A stretch of DNA of 64,000 nt from Haliotis rubra (lineage: Eukaryota). Below are positions 37,601-60,024 of the stretch, piece after piece. The DNA is taken from contig NW_025766847.1 of assembly GCF_003918875.1 (NCBI RefSeq), forward strand, positions 496,001 through 560,000. The letters are read 5' to 3'. The translations under genes were made by a program, and so were the position numbers. The notes beneath the pieces are model-generated. The model saw only the letters and a list, made by a program, of their open reading frames with translations. It ran no database searches and was not told the DNA's origin. Within the stretch, counting starts at the first letter, position 1. Each line of letters begins with the position of its first letter.

Positions 37601-40600
37601 CTTGAGAGTCCCAGATGAGTTCAAGACAAGGATGGGACACGCTCAGCACATCCATGTAGACCACATGGTTATGCATCCACATTTAGCGATAGAAATACAC
37701 ACACATCCTCAACTAAAATGAACTGAGCATCGTTCATTAAGCATTTCCGCATATTGTGCATGTGCATATTTACTTAATCAACATACGAAGTATATATGAT
37801 AAAGTAAGTTGTGTCGTGCTGACTTCTGAGGTACTGACTTACTTTCTAAAGCAGAGAGTAGGATACCAAAGTCTTCATCCTCTGTAATAGGAAAGGACAG
37901 ATTAGATTTCATTATGTACTTCCTATAGGAGTTGCAGTCAAATAACCACATGTCAAAATGAAAGCCTCATTTAGCTGATATCTCAGTTCTTTCATTTGAG
38001 AGACTATTACAGTGAGTGAGTGAGTGAGTATGGATTAAGGCTGCAGTATTCCAGTTGTATCAAGTGATTGAGTGAGTTGGGTTTTTAACCGCTTTTAGCA
38101 ATATTCCAGCAAAATCACGACGGGGAAACACCAGAAATGGGCTTCACACATTGAGCCCATGTGGGGAATCAAACCCAGGTATTCAGCGTGATGAGTGAAC
38201 GCTTTAACCGCTGAGCTAACCCACTGCCCCTAGTTATATCAAGGCATGTCAGCATAAACTTAGGAGGATAGCAACACACAGGTACGGTACTGACAATCCT
38301 AGAAAATTGGTGCAACCAGGATTTGAACACATAAACATAGGTTTTGAGTGATTTCGACAGAGCAATGGGTGAAACAGAACAACAATATTCCAGTCAAATC
38401 ACTGTCTGTCAGCTTATTGAGGAGAGATGCTCACAATATCTTGTTTTCCCACCAGAAACAAAGGGACATAATCCTGCACAGTTAGATGCAATGCTTTTCA
38501 CCACTGGGTCACTTATCCTCTCTCACATATGTACAGGTGACAGACTGATTATGAAGAAACAATCCACCAGTCTATCAGGTAAATCAATATCCTCCAAGCC
38601 ATTACAACAAACACACTGCAAGGTACAGAAGCTCACCTGTCCAGCTGGTACTACTGACAAGAAGTGCTGGCCTTGACCTTCGTTCCACTACACCTAACTC
38701 GTCTCTGCTGGTAAATACGGGATTCTCTGGCGACCTGCACAGCGCAATGTCATATGATCTCCATGTGTTGTGTATGAATGTCTGTCCACATCATGATAAT
38801 TCTCAGTCCAGTTGTTTCAGTTCAAGACATTTCCAACTATGTTAAACTCATAATGCTTATTTTGATATTACATGAATGTTTCTCTCCTACACCCTCTGTA
38901 ATTTTCATTACAAAAGTAAACTGTGTCTGTCTGTGTGTTGTGCTGCTGTAACATAAAGACTAGACAGAGCACAGTCAGATCTTCTGGTTTGTCAAACATC
39001 AGTCAGGTTAGTTGGCATGGGTTGAATGAAAATTGGAAACAGACAATTTTGGAAATAATACAAAATAGTTAGAAGTTTCAATCTCTAACCCAGAGCACTA
39101 ATATCCTCCAAATCATGTTTGATTCAGATCTGGAAAAGAGTGACAGTATACTTACTCTGCAGCAAACACAGGGTATTCCTGACACAGTCTGGAGAAGAGC
39201 TCATGTTTAGTAGAGACTGACGTAGCCTTGAATCGCTCTGGTGGTCGGTCATACAACGTCACTGCTCTGGGACAATTAGACAACCCTTGTTTTACAGGGC
39301 ATCAAAACATGGTACAGGCAGACTTTGAAATCTTTGTCTTAAAACTAGTCTACAAGCATAGCATAAACCTTATTTGAATGGCCATTGCAGCTTGTAACTA
39401 GTGCTGCTTACACAAGGATAAAATGATTGGTATGTTAGTTTTTCTGTCAGTCTTGTTCAGCTGAATTTGTATGAAACCTGAAGCACTGACAACTGGTTCA
39501 GAATGATGGACCTCAATGACTGCCAGTCAATGAGGAATGCCATCATGGGATTTCCATTTCACATAATGTAGTATAGTCTCTTTGTGCATGCTGCTGTGAA
39601 ATATCTTATAAAATGCATGGTGAACATAAAGTGTCTGAAACTATCCAGAGACAGTTTAGGTAAATGAACATGCACAAAACATAAGTTTAACCTCAGATGT
39701 CAGATATATATATCATAGTGAGTGAGTTTAGTGTTATGCTGCACTCAGCAATATTCCAGCTATATGGCGGCTATGGCTGGGATGATTCACCAATGCATCG
39801 ATGCATCGCAATATATTTAAGTTTGATACAGCTATCGTATCGTCAACTGGTGTATCGATACAAAACGATACACAACTTTTTTGGCAAAACAGTATTATCC
39901 TTAACATGTTACAGTACATATTTAGAGAAAAATACGCAAGTAAGATAGAGTTACTTGTTCGTTTATTACAATAGTGTTATTATTAAACACAAATACCTTG
40001 AAATAAATCATTTTAAATCTTGATACCGAGTCATTCTTTCAAGGTGTATGTATCGTGATACGTATCATATCGCAGGTAAAATATCACGATATGTATCATA
40101 TCGTGACATAGTCGTATCATCCCAGCCCTAATGGCAGCGGTCTGTAAATAATCGAGTCTGGACCAGACAATCCAGTGATCAACAGCATGAGCATCGATCT
40201 GCGTAATTGGGAACTGATGACATGTGTCAACCAAGCCAGCGAGCCTGACTACCCGATCCTGTTAGTCGCCTCTTACGACAAGCATGGGTTGCTGAAGGTA
40301 CATTCTAACCTTGACCTGCACGGGTCTATATATATCATCATAGATGACTAAACAATGATTAAACAAATAAAGGCATCCACTGATATTGAAGGGCGGTGGG
40401 GTAGCCCAGTGGTTAAAGAACCACTAAACTTTGTTTTTTGTTACTCTTTTAACCATTACATATGAAAGATTTGTGGTTAGTCTTATGCGGAACACCAAAT
40501 TTATTCTTTAAAAACTTGTGGTTAATTAATACCGAGCGATTAAAAGTGGCCAAAAAGTCGCCTGCTTCCCTCTCGCCCGCCATCGAAACCACAGACAGGT

Positions 40601-43600
40601 TACGTAACTCTGTCACCAGAGCACTGCAGTGACGTCATATGAGGAACGATTTTCAGTTAGTTGTATAGAAAGTGTGTAGCACGCTCATCATTTTTATGAT
40701 TTCTCAACATGAACGACGACATGCCGAATCGTTGCTTTGTCGTCAATTGCTCCTAGGGGTCGCTTATGACGCCGGCGCACACGGGAAGTTCATGGTCGTA
40801 CTGTCACTTGAGCATTAACAACATGTCTGAATAAGAAATAAGGCAGTGTCTGAATGCACATTCATGTTTATTCATTCAAATAAAAACAAGATATACTGTA
40901 TTTTGTTTACCTTGTGAAAAAGGCACTGATTTTACTTTGTATTGTAATGATCCCGTCTCTTCAAAATATCAGAGACAGTCTGTCTGCCGATTCCGTATGT
41001 TGATGCTAATGCTTTCTGTGTAGGTCGAGGTGTTTTATCAAAATCTTCTATCAGCTGCACTTTTTGTTGAAGGGTCAACTCACATCGTGCTCGTTTTGCC
41101 GGCCGAGGCATTTTGGCGATGCTGACTATTACACTACTGACATTATACGATTTTACCTTAAATACATGTACCCTCGAATCAACTAAACTCTTGCTGGTTT
41201 TTACAGTCAAACTGCCCATGTAAGTGACACGTACCACTCACTGATTAACAAGACACTGATTGACATTTCCCGTTTCTGAATAATCTCAGGAGTCAATACC
41301 CTCGAATCAACAACATGTAAACACTTGCTTGTTTTTACAGCCAAACTGCCCACTACATGCATTAATTACTCTATGTAAGTGTTACGTACCACTCACTGAT
41401 TAACAAGATGCTGATTAACACTTCCCGTTTCTGAATAATCTCGGGGGTCACAGCGAATTGTGTTGTTACATCATTTGGACCTAATCTCATCAAAGGGTTA
41501 CGCCGTCTTTCATGTGCCGGTTTTTACAGATTCGTTTTCATAACAACTTGTTTGTTGGGACTGAAAGACAATGCCGATATCCTGAATAGACAGATGCCGA
41601 TGTTTACAGATGTTTCTAAATGAAAAGAACGTGCATTTCTGCCGGGACTGAAACTTTGAGCCGATGTAGACAGAGTGCCGGTGTTTACAAAGGCCGGTAT
41701 TGACAGAGTCCACTGTAGTTTGTTTTCATCAAGTTAGAAAATCAAAACTACTTTCTACTCGTAGTTAAATATGTATTGGAATCATAACCAAAAGGATTTT
41801 GCATGACACAACTTATAACATAACGATTTCTTCCACGGAAGCGAGGTGGGGGTCGAAGTCACAATACTGCGCGATAAATTTCTTGCTACATTCACATGGT
41901 TAATGTCCACTCACCAGTATGTAGATACTAGTCAATGTGCGTCTTTATATTTGGTCTTATAATCCTAATTAGTTTATTATCATACTTTTATGCATTTTGA
42001 AACTAAATAAAAAGCTGACGATCTGCTGAGACTTATAGTGAATTTATAACAGAACTGTAATATCTAGACATTTTACAGTTTGCAAATGTGAATCATAATT
42101 CGCACACACACCCTAGTGTATGTTGTCTGTCTCATTACACTTCACGGCGAAAACAATGATTCTGTTGAATACTACGACAAATAAATAAAAAACAAAATGC
42201 AAATATTAAAATTAAAACAGATTAAAGTTATAGGAACAATATCAGGCCATTACCTTGTTTGAGGAATGTATCCATCAATATCCACAAAACTGTTCCAAAT
42301 GATGTGTCTTTTAACAGTTTAATATACGAAAAAGTGATCAATCTTTTCAGGTATTGGTGTATAGTCTCATTGGTCACCCAAGATAGCACACCTGGCAACT
42401 AATTGCATAATGTCCGCCTTTCATTAAAACAGTAATTTAGTTAGCCAATAATGGGCAATCAATCAATGTATTGCGGTTAATCCTTTGAAAGAAGGGCGTT
42501 GTTTTTACATGAACACCGACACGGCAGAGTGTATTCAGTATAGATTAGTTAATCTACATACATAAACACTACCTTTTGACAATTCGCTGTGTAAGATAAA
42601 GTAATTAATCAATCAGTGTGTTATCGGTTAACCCTTTGATCGATGTTTATAATGTTGAATATTTACTCCAGACACAAGAAATGCCAAATGGGAACCTTTG
42701 TCGGGTAATCTAAGTGTGTTACCACTTATTATACCTGTTATAAATTTATTAACTGACCATCAAGTGAATGATGACAAATAACATGTGTAGGTTTATACCA
42801 CCTAACACGGGTTACAACAAGGGAGTATTAATTGCTGTATTGCATGTGAAAACTTATGGGCCGACACTGTTTTGAGAATACAAACAGATTTTTACATGAC
42901 ATGATTAAATATCGAGGTAAAAACACAGAAATGGGATCAATTTGGATCAGTCATTATACAAATAGGGCCTAACGACACCAATCAATTGTGACAGAAGCGT
43001 CTATGAAAACAAGTTGTAACTTCGGAAACTAGGCAAAGCAGGGAGACAAAATTAAATGACAGTAGATTGTGAGAACATAGCTTTCATTTTCCACAACAAT
43101 TGTCACGATTTCAGGTTTATACAAGCCTGTAAACAAGATAATTTACCCCCTAAAATGTAGATGAATTCTGCATCGCCCCTTAAAGCTATTCCTCATATGA
43201 TGTCACAGAGTCGCGCCGCTCTGATTGGTTGAAGTTTCGTTCGCGGGTGAGAATTGTGCACTGTTGTCAAAAAGGTCGATTTAAGTCAATTAAAGGTCGA
43301 AATGAGTAGTTTTAATGACGGGGTTTCATTTATAACGATGCCAGTTAGTGATTTATGTATTTTTACCCCCTAGGGTTTATGTGACCTTTAAGGCATTTGC
43401 TCGTCATGCCAAGGAGATGGGTTCAATTCCCCACATAGGCACAATGTGTGAAGCCCATTTCTGGTGTCCCTGCCACGATATTGCTGGAATATTGCTAAAA
43501 GCAGCATAAAACCAAACTCACTCACTAACATTGAGAGACCTAACCTGTTCCTTAGATCCAGAACTGGTTCCTCATTCCAGGTGTATATACATAACTTTGA

Positions 43601-46600
43601 GGCATTGAACCTGGCATCAACCAACTAAGTTCACCCCCCACCCACCCCAACTTAATTCCTATGCCCTCCCCTCCACTAAACTCACTCAATATTTCAAACA
43701 ATCCAAACATAGTTCAGTTATATGCATAAAACTTTTGTTTACCCTCAGATATATTTTATAGATCCAATGTTTAATGATGATTACACAAGTAAAAACATCA
43801 AATAATTTCAAGGGACTTTAACTTAGATCCAGGATTGGTTACACCTTCCATGCATATATCCCCAAGTTTGCAGCATTAGCACCGATCTTAACAACAAATT
43901 CCACTCAACTCACTTTACACCCCAGTTGTCATGCAGGTCCTTCCTCATGGCTTCCGTCACACACAGGTTGGAATTTGCAAATCTTCCAAAGAATCTTTCA
44001 TACCTGAAAACAAAGGATTTTGTTATATTTCAAACTGTAATCACAATTCGATTGGTGGTTAGACCTAAACAGACACAATTGTAAGAGTAATATCTATAGA
44101 TATAACTGCTATTACAGGCCTTTTGAGAGATTTGGCCATAAAGCAGCCATATTGTGTTTGTGTGTAAAATTGTACTCAGTGGAAGTTTTAACCTTGAAGA
44201 CCTGAAGACTAACTGCATGAATATAACATACGAGGTCAGGCATTCTCTAAAAACACAATCGGTGAAGAAAATCAGGTAAATATGAAATGTTTCCAAATGA
44301 CTTCCACACTTGACATTAATGCATCAGCAAGTCTAAAACAAGAAATCACACTGACCACTTTGAGAAGGCCACGAGTGGATGAGACCTGCCCAGGCTAAGG
44401 CTGAGGATGGTGTAGCCATAGTTGTGCCAGTCTACCACAAGATGGCTGGATCTCAGTAGCGACACAAGCCAGCAGACGGCAATAGTTGGGATGGCAGGGG
44501 GGTTCTAGGGAGAACAGACAGACATCATCTTCAAGTGCCAAAGACAATAACCATCTGACGGCTGACAAAGCTGTTCCATCAACAAGTATGAATAACTCAG
44601 GAAGCTCCATGGTTTAGAATACTGATTACAAGCTGGAACTTTAACAACTTTGACTATCTAGTTTCAGCCTGACTTGCAACCTAGAAGAATGTTTCTTTAC
44701 ATAAACTGACATGCACTTGCAAAGTGATCATCAAACTGTCACCATAATGTCCACAGTAGGTGGCTTTGTGTTTGTAGTATTATTGTTCATAGCACAACAA
44801 ATAAATTTCATTTGATTTGCTAACCAGTGTTTTTCTTTAGCTTTTACGTTACTATTAACCTTATCATAAACAGGCCACTCCCAATAATAGACTACAGTTT
44901 CTTGTTTGGCTGATTATGGCCATGTATTGTGTTACTCCGGTTACCAAAGCCATATTAATGTACATTGTCCATCTCTCATATGTTAATGATTAAATAAGCA
45001 GTCTGTGAGGTCATTACTGTTGAATAAAATATTCCTAAGAATTGATTTCAATATTATTCATATTGCCATAAACAAATATTGCAGTTAATTCTTAAATATT
45101 TCCATTAATAGACTATATAAAGTATATTGTTCAACATCCCTCGTAAGTATTTCAAAGCCAATTATTCTATATTTAACATGAGGAAGAGTAATTCAATACA
45201 TATGATTCAATAATGTTTCATCAATGTAGTTTTGTAGTTTCTGTGAAAGTGTTTGATCATGCAACATGTTATATTTGTGATTACACTGTCGCACTTTCTC
45301 CATCCAAAACATGTAGAATCAGATTAAAATAAAATTCTTGTCCAATGAAACAGTGATGGACAGATGAGCATCTTACCTGCAGCAGTGTATATCCAGACTT
45401 AGGCAACAGGAGAAGAGTAAATCCAAGAACAGCTGATTGCCAGATGACTTTCAGAAAATAGCCTATGATTCTTGGAAACACTGTAAAAAATGAACCCAAC
45501 GTCAAAATGATTCATCTACTGAGTACAGCTTTAAACAATTTGTTGTTTAAAGCTGTACTCAGCAATATTTAGACCATACAGTGGAAGACAATACAGTGGG
45601 AGTCTGTAAATAACCGACTCTGTACTTGATAATCCAGTGAATGACATCGTGAGCACGGACCTACTAGATATGATGAAATTCATCAAGAAAGTGATGAGCA
45701 TGATCACTTGATCATTCTTTATAAACATATCAAAGCAGTGACAAATGTCAGTTTCCCCATATTTATAGTAGGTTATCATTGGTATGCTTTGAGGATCACA
45801 TTGTCAGAATATCCTTACATCTATTTCTCTGGGTTTTTTGTAATTTAAGAACAATTACAACAAAATGACTTCTAAGAGTTTTCTTTTCTGTGTGCAGAGT
45901 GACAATATTCATATGAAGAAATAACTGGAAACGCCTCTACCTTCAGGCTGGAATGCTCTCTTACACTAACTTTTCTTGAACTTCAACTCACTCAGACACT
46001 CACTGACTTTTAAATTCTTTCAAACTCATCAGTGTATTAAATAACATCATTATATATACATTTTGGATATGCATACCATGAAGAAAATGAGAAAGGTACG
46101 GCTTACCTCTGAACAGAGCAGGAGGTTCCATCATTGTGTGAACTGATATGTTTTCTTCATCTGTTACTTGTTTATGTGGAACTGAACCTTCATGTGAGTA
46201 AAAACGTAAAGTACATTTGCAAATATGTGATTATATACATACTGTAGTATTACTGCTGAATGCTCTAGTAGTTAAAGCCAAACGGTATACTATTAGTATA
46301 TATTTTCTAGTTAAAAATGTTCTATACCTTTCTCAAACTTGAAAAAACTCTTTCATAACCATTTGGATAACCAGTGATAACAAATTCCCTGTCTAGATGC
46401 TAGATAATCATTTTATCCAAAGTGCCTACTAGTGAATTCATAGTATATTTTAACATAAGCGTTCAGTGGAATTGTTTCCCAAAAGTAAAATACATTGAAA
46501 AGATTAGCCGAGGGCCACGATGCGGTCCTATGTACAGATATATACAATACAGTCACGAGCGATGCAGGGTTATGTCTTGACTGAATAGGACGGCATCGCG

Positions 46601-46871
46601 GCTCTAAAAAGATATGATAGTATCACCCGAGTCAAGGTCAGATCAACAAGAAATTATCTGTTTGTGATTTACCTCCATAGCCCACGATGTCCACCATGTA
46701 TCCTTCCTTTGCAAGTGACAATGCATGATACTGAATCCGTGGGCTACGTCCGATGTCTCCGAGTACAACAACGCAAGCTGCCTTTTTTCCTTTAACAACA
46801 TAATTTAGTAGCAGGTATAAAAATATCAGTATAAAGGGAAACCAAAACAAAAGTTGGAACGTATATAACAT
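31640..46871 (-). CDS. ALG1: Chitobiosyldiphosphodolichol beta-mannosyltransferase, 13 coding exons: 46871-46673, 46187-46107, 45480-45377, 44504-44356, 44003-43914, 39266-39156, 38734-38637, 37881-37843, 36882-36820, 36195-36085, 33044-32930, 32371-32296, 31783-31640 (1380 nt, 459 aa)
   Basis: Manually spliced at GT/AG sites into one open frame. N-terminal TM anchor, then [91 protein letters not shown] and [11 protein letters not shown], all typical ALG1 motifs. Confidence 0.96.
33745..34180 (+). repeat. Minisatellite, ~77-nt unit, about 5 copies
   Basis: ACATCTCACCCAATCTCAAACTATTAACACAATTTAGTTAAGCTCTGTCACCTGTGTAACTAATGCTGATTAG recurs. Confidence 0.85.
34540..34965 (+). repeat. Minisatellite, ~39-nt unit, partly garbled
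   Basis: TTTACAGCCAATGAAACACCACTAGCTATTTCACCACCAC recurs. Confidence 0.8.
34965..35143 (+). promoter_or_regulatory. Family promoter cassette, copy 7 (more divergent)
   Basis: TGATTA-N7-TAATCC 35025-35043, GACTTCTCCATGTCTCAGTGTCA, TATATAG 35124. Confidence 0.55.
35225..35878 (+). CDS. Unrecognised gene family, copy 7, antisense within ALG1 intron 10 (exons 35225-35384, 35562-35878); a 1-nt insertion changes the last codons to [13 protein letters not shown]
   Basis: Lies between ALG1 exons ending at 36085 and starting at 33044. Conserved splice sites, TATA at 35124, AATAAA at about 35987. Confidence 0.78.
38068..38230 (-). mobile_element. tRNA-derived SINE with ACTC tail
   Basis: A-box/B-box-like head; same family as the split copy at 40390/43388. 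Confidence 0.7.
39717..40325. mobile_element. Dispersed GTGA-tailed repeat interrupted by a hAT-like MITE (about 39772-40130)
   Basis: MITE TIRs GGCTGGGATGAT / ATCATCCCAGCC, 8-bp TSD ATGGCGGC / ATGGCAGC. Host repeat relatives at about 45540-45720, 56700-56915, 58030-58200 and 58569-58640. Confidence 0.65.
40413..43391 (-). mobile_element. Second Kolobok-like copy in ALG1 intron 5, inserted at TTAA within a SINE
   Basis: Reverse complement of 5404-7938 with the segment about 7071-7595 replaced; TTAA on both sides. Confidence 0.75.
40925..41717 (-). mobile_element. pogo/Tigger-like transposon fragment nested in the Kolobok-like copy
   Basis: [22 protein letters not shown]...[23 protein letters not shown] is a CENP-B/psq-type HTH; terminus TA|CAGTGGACTCTG at 41717. 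Confidence 0.7.
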
Positions 46872-47250
46872 TATAGATACTGAACATATCGTGAAAAATC
46901 CTGACGTGTAAATCTGTCAACAACGTAATACACGAAAACACGTGTCAACGTCAGATTGTAAACTTCCGGATGTTCCATACATCAATCCAAATTCATCATT
47001 TTTATTTTATATAAATGAAAACAGATAGGTTGTATTTCAACAATAGAAAGCTATTAGTAGCATATTACATTTCGGGCATATTTTATGTTGAAACAAAAAT
47101 GATCTACTTAATAGTTTGCTTTTCTTCTAAGCGACTCAAATTCAAGGGGAGATAAGTGCGGTTCATTATATGTGCCAACTTAGCAGACTGGAACTTGAAG
47201 ACACTATATTTTCATTTTTAGAACTTAGAACCGTTTAGTTAATTGCAGGA
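46872..47250. promoter_or_regulatory. Probable bidirectional promoter between ALG1 and ANKRD54
   Basis: Divergent start codons 380 nt apart; E-box CACGTG 46939, ETS-type ACTTCCGG 46962, TGACGT 46902. Confidence 0.65.
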
Positions 47251-55781
<8,531 letters not shown>

Positions 55782-55920
55782 TGTGTGGGTGTGTGTGTCT
55801 CCGTGTGTGTACGTCGTTTCATATGTGTGTGTCTGTGCATGCATGCGTGCGTGCATGCATGCGTGCGTGCACGCGTATGTCTGTATCTGCATGTGTGTAC
55901 ATAATGTATGTCTGGGTGTG
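55782..55920 (+). repeat. Imperfect GT/GCAT/GCGT microsatellite right after the ANKRD54 stop
   Basis: Alternating purine-pyrimidine tract. Confidence 0.8.
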
Positions 55921-58883
55921 AGAAAGTATGTGGTAACAAGTCACAGGACCAATAGATATACTTAGTCACAGTGTAATGCATATCAGTATAGTAGAGCTCA
56001 AATACCATTTGACAACAAAAATTATTCAAACACTACTAGGCAGTCATATTCATGAACACCTAAAATTACATTATTTAGATGACCCTGCAGCCAATATTTG
56101 GCATATTGATCTACCGTGCCTAAGTTAAACAATCTCGCAAAAGTCATTTAGACCAGTAATGAATAAACTGATAAACGTTTGAAGACAGATCACAGTAGAC
56201 TTCTGATCCAACCTTCAAATGTTCAGTGTTGATTACCCAGACAAAATGTTCTGCAACACTTCACTTACCAATATCTTTGTGTACCAAGACACAAGGACAT
56301 AAAGCACCTTTAATATGATTCTAGTTTCACTAAACATGAAGACTATATGCTTGTTGTATGTATGTATGCCTGTTTTTGGTGGCAGCAAGTTACTCCAACA
56401 ATGTTATTACAATGCTACTGCATTATGAGGGTGGAACGTGACCATTAATGTGTAACATAGGTCAAAACTTGTAAAAAGTCTGAAGGGACAAGATCCATTT
56501 TAGTTATTTTATGTAAACAATTTGTCTGGAATATTTTGAATTTGACAAACATACCTAAAGGTTTGAGAAACCTGTGCTTTCTAAAACTAGTTTTAGTAGT
56601 ATGGATATTTATGGCATTTTCATGGCAGAACTAAACATAGAAACATCTTTGTGTTTCACATTTACTTAGGTCTTGATTCCAGAGCCAAATCAACCCCTGG
56701 GGGTTCCAGGTTAGAAATGGCCCTAAGCAACATAAGCTGGTTGTGATAGGAAATTTAATGGATGGTCGTGACTTGGTTGATTGTGTGTCAACATACTCCT
56801 ATGGCATGGATCGTTGCTCACAGTATCAGTCACTGGATTGTCTGGTCCAGGCTGGATTATTTAGAGGGCACTGGCATATAGCAGCAATATAGCTGAGTGA
56901 TGCATTAAACAACAAACGCACAACTTCGCACATGGAGCCTGATCATCAGATTCGCTGTACTTCTATTTTATTGTTACTTGCAAGTTTAGTTAACTGTCAC
57001 AGAATTGTGAACATATTTGTACTTTTGTTCCTTATAGGCTTTTGAAAATTCACAATCTTTTTGAATGAATATCTTATATTTGTATAAGATATATTGTATT
57101 TCTTATGTATTATTCAAAGTTATATCTTGCTTGTTTATGCACAAAGTTGTATTTCACCCTTGTGAAACCTGATGGTCACTCATTACAAGGAGGATCTGCA
57201 TTTGATTCTGTTTTCATGTTGAGCAATAGCCTTGCACAGAAGAGGCTTGTCATTTGTTTAATTGTCTTCATGAACTTGAAAAAGTAGGATCATTTAAGGG
57301 CTGTGACTAGATTGCTGGCCTATGAGACTGAAAGACTTTAAGTTACCACGAAGGTATTGACATTGCTGAAGAAGTATTTACATGTATATCACTTTTATAC
57401 ATATTTGTTGTGTATTGTATATGAAACAAATATATAATTGAAAGTATGTTTTTGTCATCTTTTATGATCACTAAATCTATACAAATCAGATGTTATAGGT
57501 ATTCAGAACAAGCATAACACTCAATCTGGCGTTCATTATGACTTCAATCAGACACATGCTGAGCGAAGGAAACTAGTCTGTCAAGTGTCACATGCTGGAT
57601 TTATGGTCATTTCCGTTTACATGAAGACTATCAAGAGAATCTAGGAAATATGTACTCTTTTGAAGGGTGGATACAGCTTTTTGAGAAAGGGGATGTTCAC
57701 ACTTCATTTTCACGAGCGTTTGAATGGTCATTTAATAAAATCTCAGGACAAAAGGGTGGGAGGGTGCACCCCCTGCATGTTTGTCGGCTACACATCTTGT
57801 CCCTCACACAGCTGAGACACGTCTCAACAATAGAAACCATGACGTCATTTCAGATTCGTCACCTCCTCCCTACAATAGACTTGACACATTTGCTTTGGCC
57901 GAGTCGATGTAACTGACTGTAAGTATAGCAGACTACCGCTATACACTATGTTTCCGAGTGGATTTAGTACTGATCACAGCTGGAAGAACACGTCACTGTG
58001 ATAAGGTTACTGCTGTTTTCAAGTATGAGAACAGGTCCCTCGCAACCTATGCTTGTAAGAAGAGCTTACTTGATCGGGTGGTCATGCTCATTGGCTGCAT
58101 GTCATCGTATTCCAATTGTGTGGATTTATGATCCAGGTGTCAATCACTGGCTGATCTGGTCGAGAGTCAGTTATTTTCAGGCCAGCCTCATATAGTTCGA
58201 ATATTAAACAGACCAAACGTTGTATGGGGATAAACTTTGACTTTACTGATGACAAAACCAGTTCCCATCGATCCAATTCAAGAAACCTTCTGTAGCAGCA
58301 AAGAAACAGAAGCCTTGCGTGACCTGACCTTTCCCATATTGACAGTTTGTTGGATGTCACGCTTGGTTGTTGTACAGAATGCATTGCAAAACATCGGGGA
58401 CGTACCAGATCCTGACATTTGTTCAATGTATATATTCTGTTAGCAACTCAATATAACATAACTGTTTCAAATGTAGCAGGGTTTTCATATACTGTCGGTA
58501 GTATATATGCATGCAATATATGACGGTCTGGTCTTTTCAGACATTCCTAAACATCACAGTGAAAGGAGCCGTGAAGATCCGGGGTAGAATAGGTCTTCAG
58601 CAACCCATGCTTGCCACAAAAGGCGACCATGCTTGTCATTTGTTTGCTTATAACAAACTCCATTAATTCTTGCAAGGCCTCTGAGATATCCACCTCATGT
58701 TGGCTTACGAAGTAGCCATGGTACTCACTTCCAATGCGTGTGAATTAAAATACAACATATAAGGATAGAGTCTTTTTATTTAAAGGCTATTATTGGTAAT
58801 TCCTTAATTCAGATCAATAAGATATAGTCACCAGCATTGAAAACACACCACTTACACAAGTTGAGATTACTAAATAATAATAA

Positions 58884-59738
58884 TATACTCCTCACAAAAA
58901 ATTAAGCAAGAAGTATTTTCAGTGTAATATCTTTATCAATCTCGATAGCGATTTTTGCCGACATGTTACTGAAAGGTAAATATTCAAAGAATATATAACC
59001 TTTAGTGACTGTCAAATTGATTTATCTGATAACATTGACAACATCACATCACTCCACTCTTCACACATGCACCCTGATCGGTGTAAACCTACCTGTAATC
59101 ATTCTTCTTGCACAACAAGCGGGTCCTAACTTCATTTTCATGGATGATAATGCCCGTCCATGGATGATAATGCCCGAGAAAGAGTTGTTAACGATGTTGT
59201 TTAGATCAACATCACACATATGGCCTGGCCTGCAGGGTCACTTGATCTTCATTTCATTGAACATGCTTGGAACATTAAGTCGAAGTCGTGTTTACGGTCT
59301 CCATGTTCAGCCCCAGACACTGGATGACCTTGAGCAGGCGTTACAGAGTGAATGGCAGAACATTCTACAGCAGCAACTTTAAAGCCTCATTTGGTCAATG
59401 CAAAGACGTGTAGAAGTTTGCATTTGTGCTCATGGTGGTCATACGCGTTACTGAACACTGCTTCACTGTCCAAAACTGACTTGAACCTTAATGTTTACAT
59501 TTTGCTCCATCAATGCAGCACGTTTTGCACGACTGTTTCACGGGTACATGCTTTTGATTATTTGTAAGTCCATTATTGCTCAATAACATTTCATTTCATT
59601 TTGTTAATCGTGTGTACATGTTTCACTTTTCTATTGCATCATTCCATGATTTGCAATTTCAATAAATGAAAATGTAATGAGACTACAAATGTGTGGCACA
59701 TTTGTGGCACAACAAGCTTAACTTTTATTAGGAGTATA
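58884..59738 (+). mobile_element. Tc1 deletion derivative nested in the 58823-61394 element
   Basis: TIRs TATACTCCT...TTAAGC / GCTTAA...AGGAGTATA; FIFMDDNARP remnant. Confidence 0.75.
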
Positions 59739-60024
59739 CTAATAATGCTAATTTTTGCGCCTAGGATCCAACGCAATGCTGTTCTCAGATGTCACATTAT
59801 TACCCTGAAGGAATTGTACTTTCAAAGCAGCTATAGGTCCGTACATCCGCTTCTCAGGTACCCATTTTAAACAGCTTGGTGGACTGAGTGCAATATGGAC
59901 GAAATGCCTTGCCCAGGGAGAGACCACAGTATGAAACCCAGGTCACACATTTTGGGTGTCTCCACCGGGATTCGATCTCGGCCCTTTGGCGTGAGAGGCC
60001 AGCATGCTAACCACTACACCACTG
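59739..60024 (-). mobile_element. tRNA-derived SINE
   Basis: Minus strand GGTGTAGTGGTTAGCATGCTGGCCTCTCACGCC...TCGAATCCCGG head and central motif shared with 1308-1810. Confidence 0.6.

Larger units (their letters stand above)
40390..43527 (+). mobile_element. tRNA-derived SINE split into 40390-40416 and 43388-43527
   Basis: GGGCGGTGGGGTAGCCCAGTGGTTAA joins (TTAA)GGCATTTGCTCG...GGTTCAATTCCCC...(ACTC)n; an uninterrupted relative lies at 38068-38230 (-). Confidence 0.75.

Noticed and set aside
59960-60024. tRNA gene (also 38150-38230, 40390)
   Set aside because: tRNA-like heads continue into SINE bodies; no intact cloverleaf or terminator is evident.
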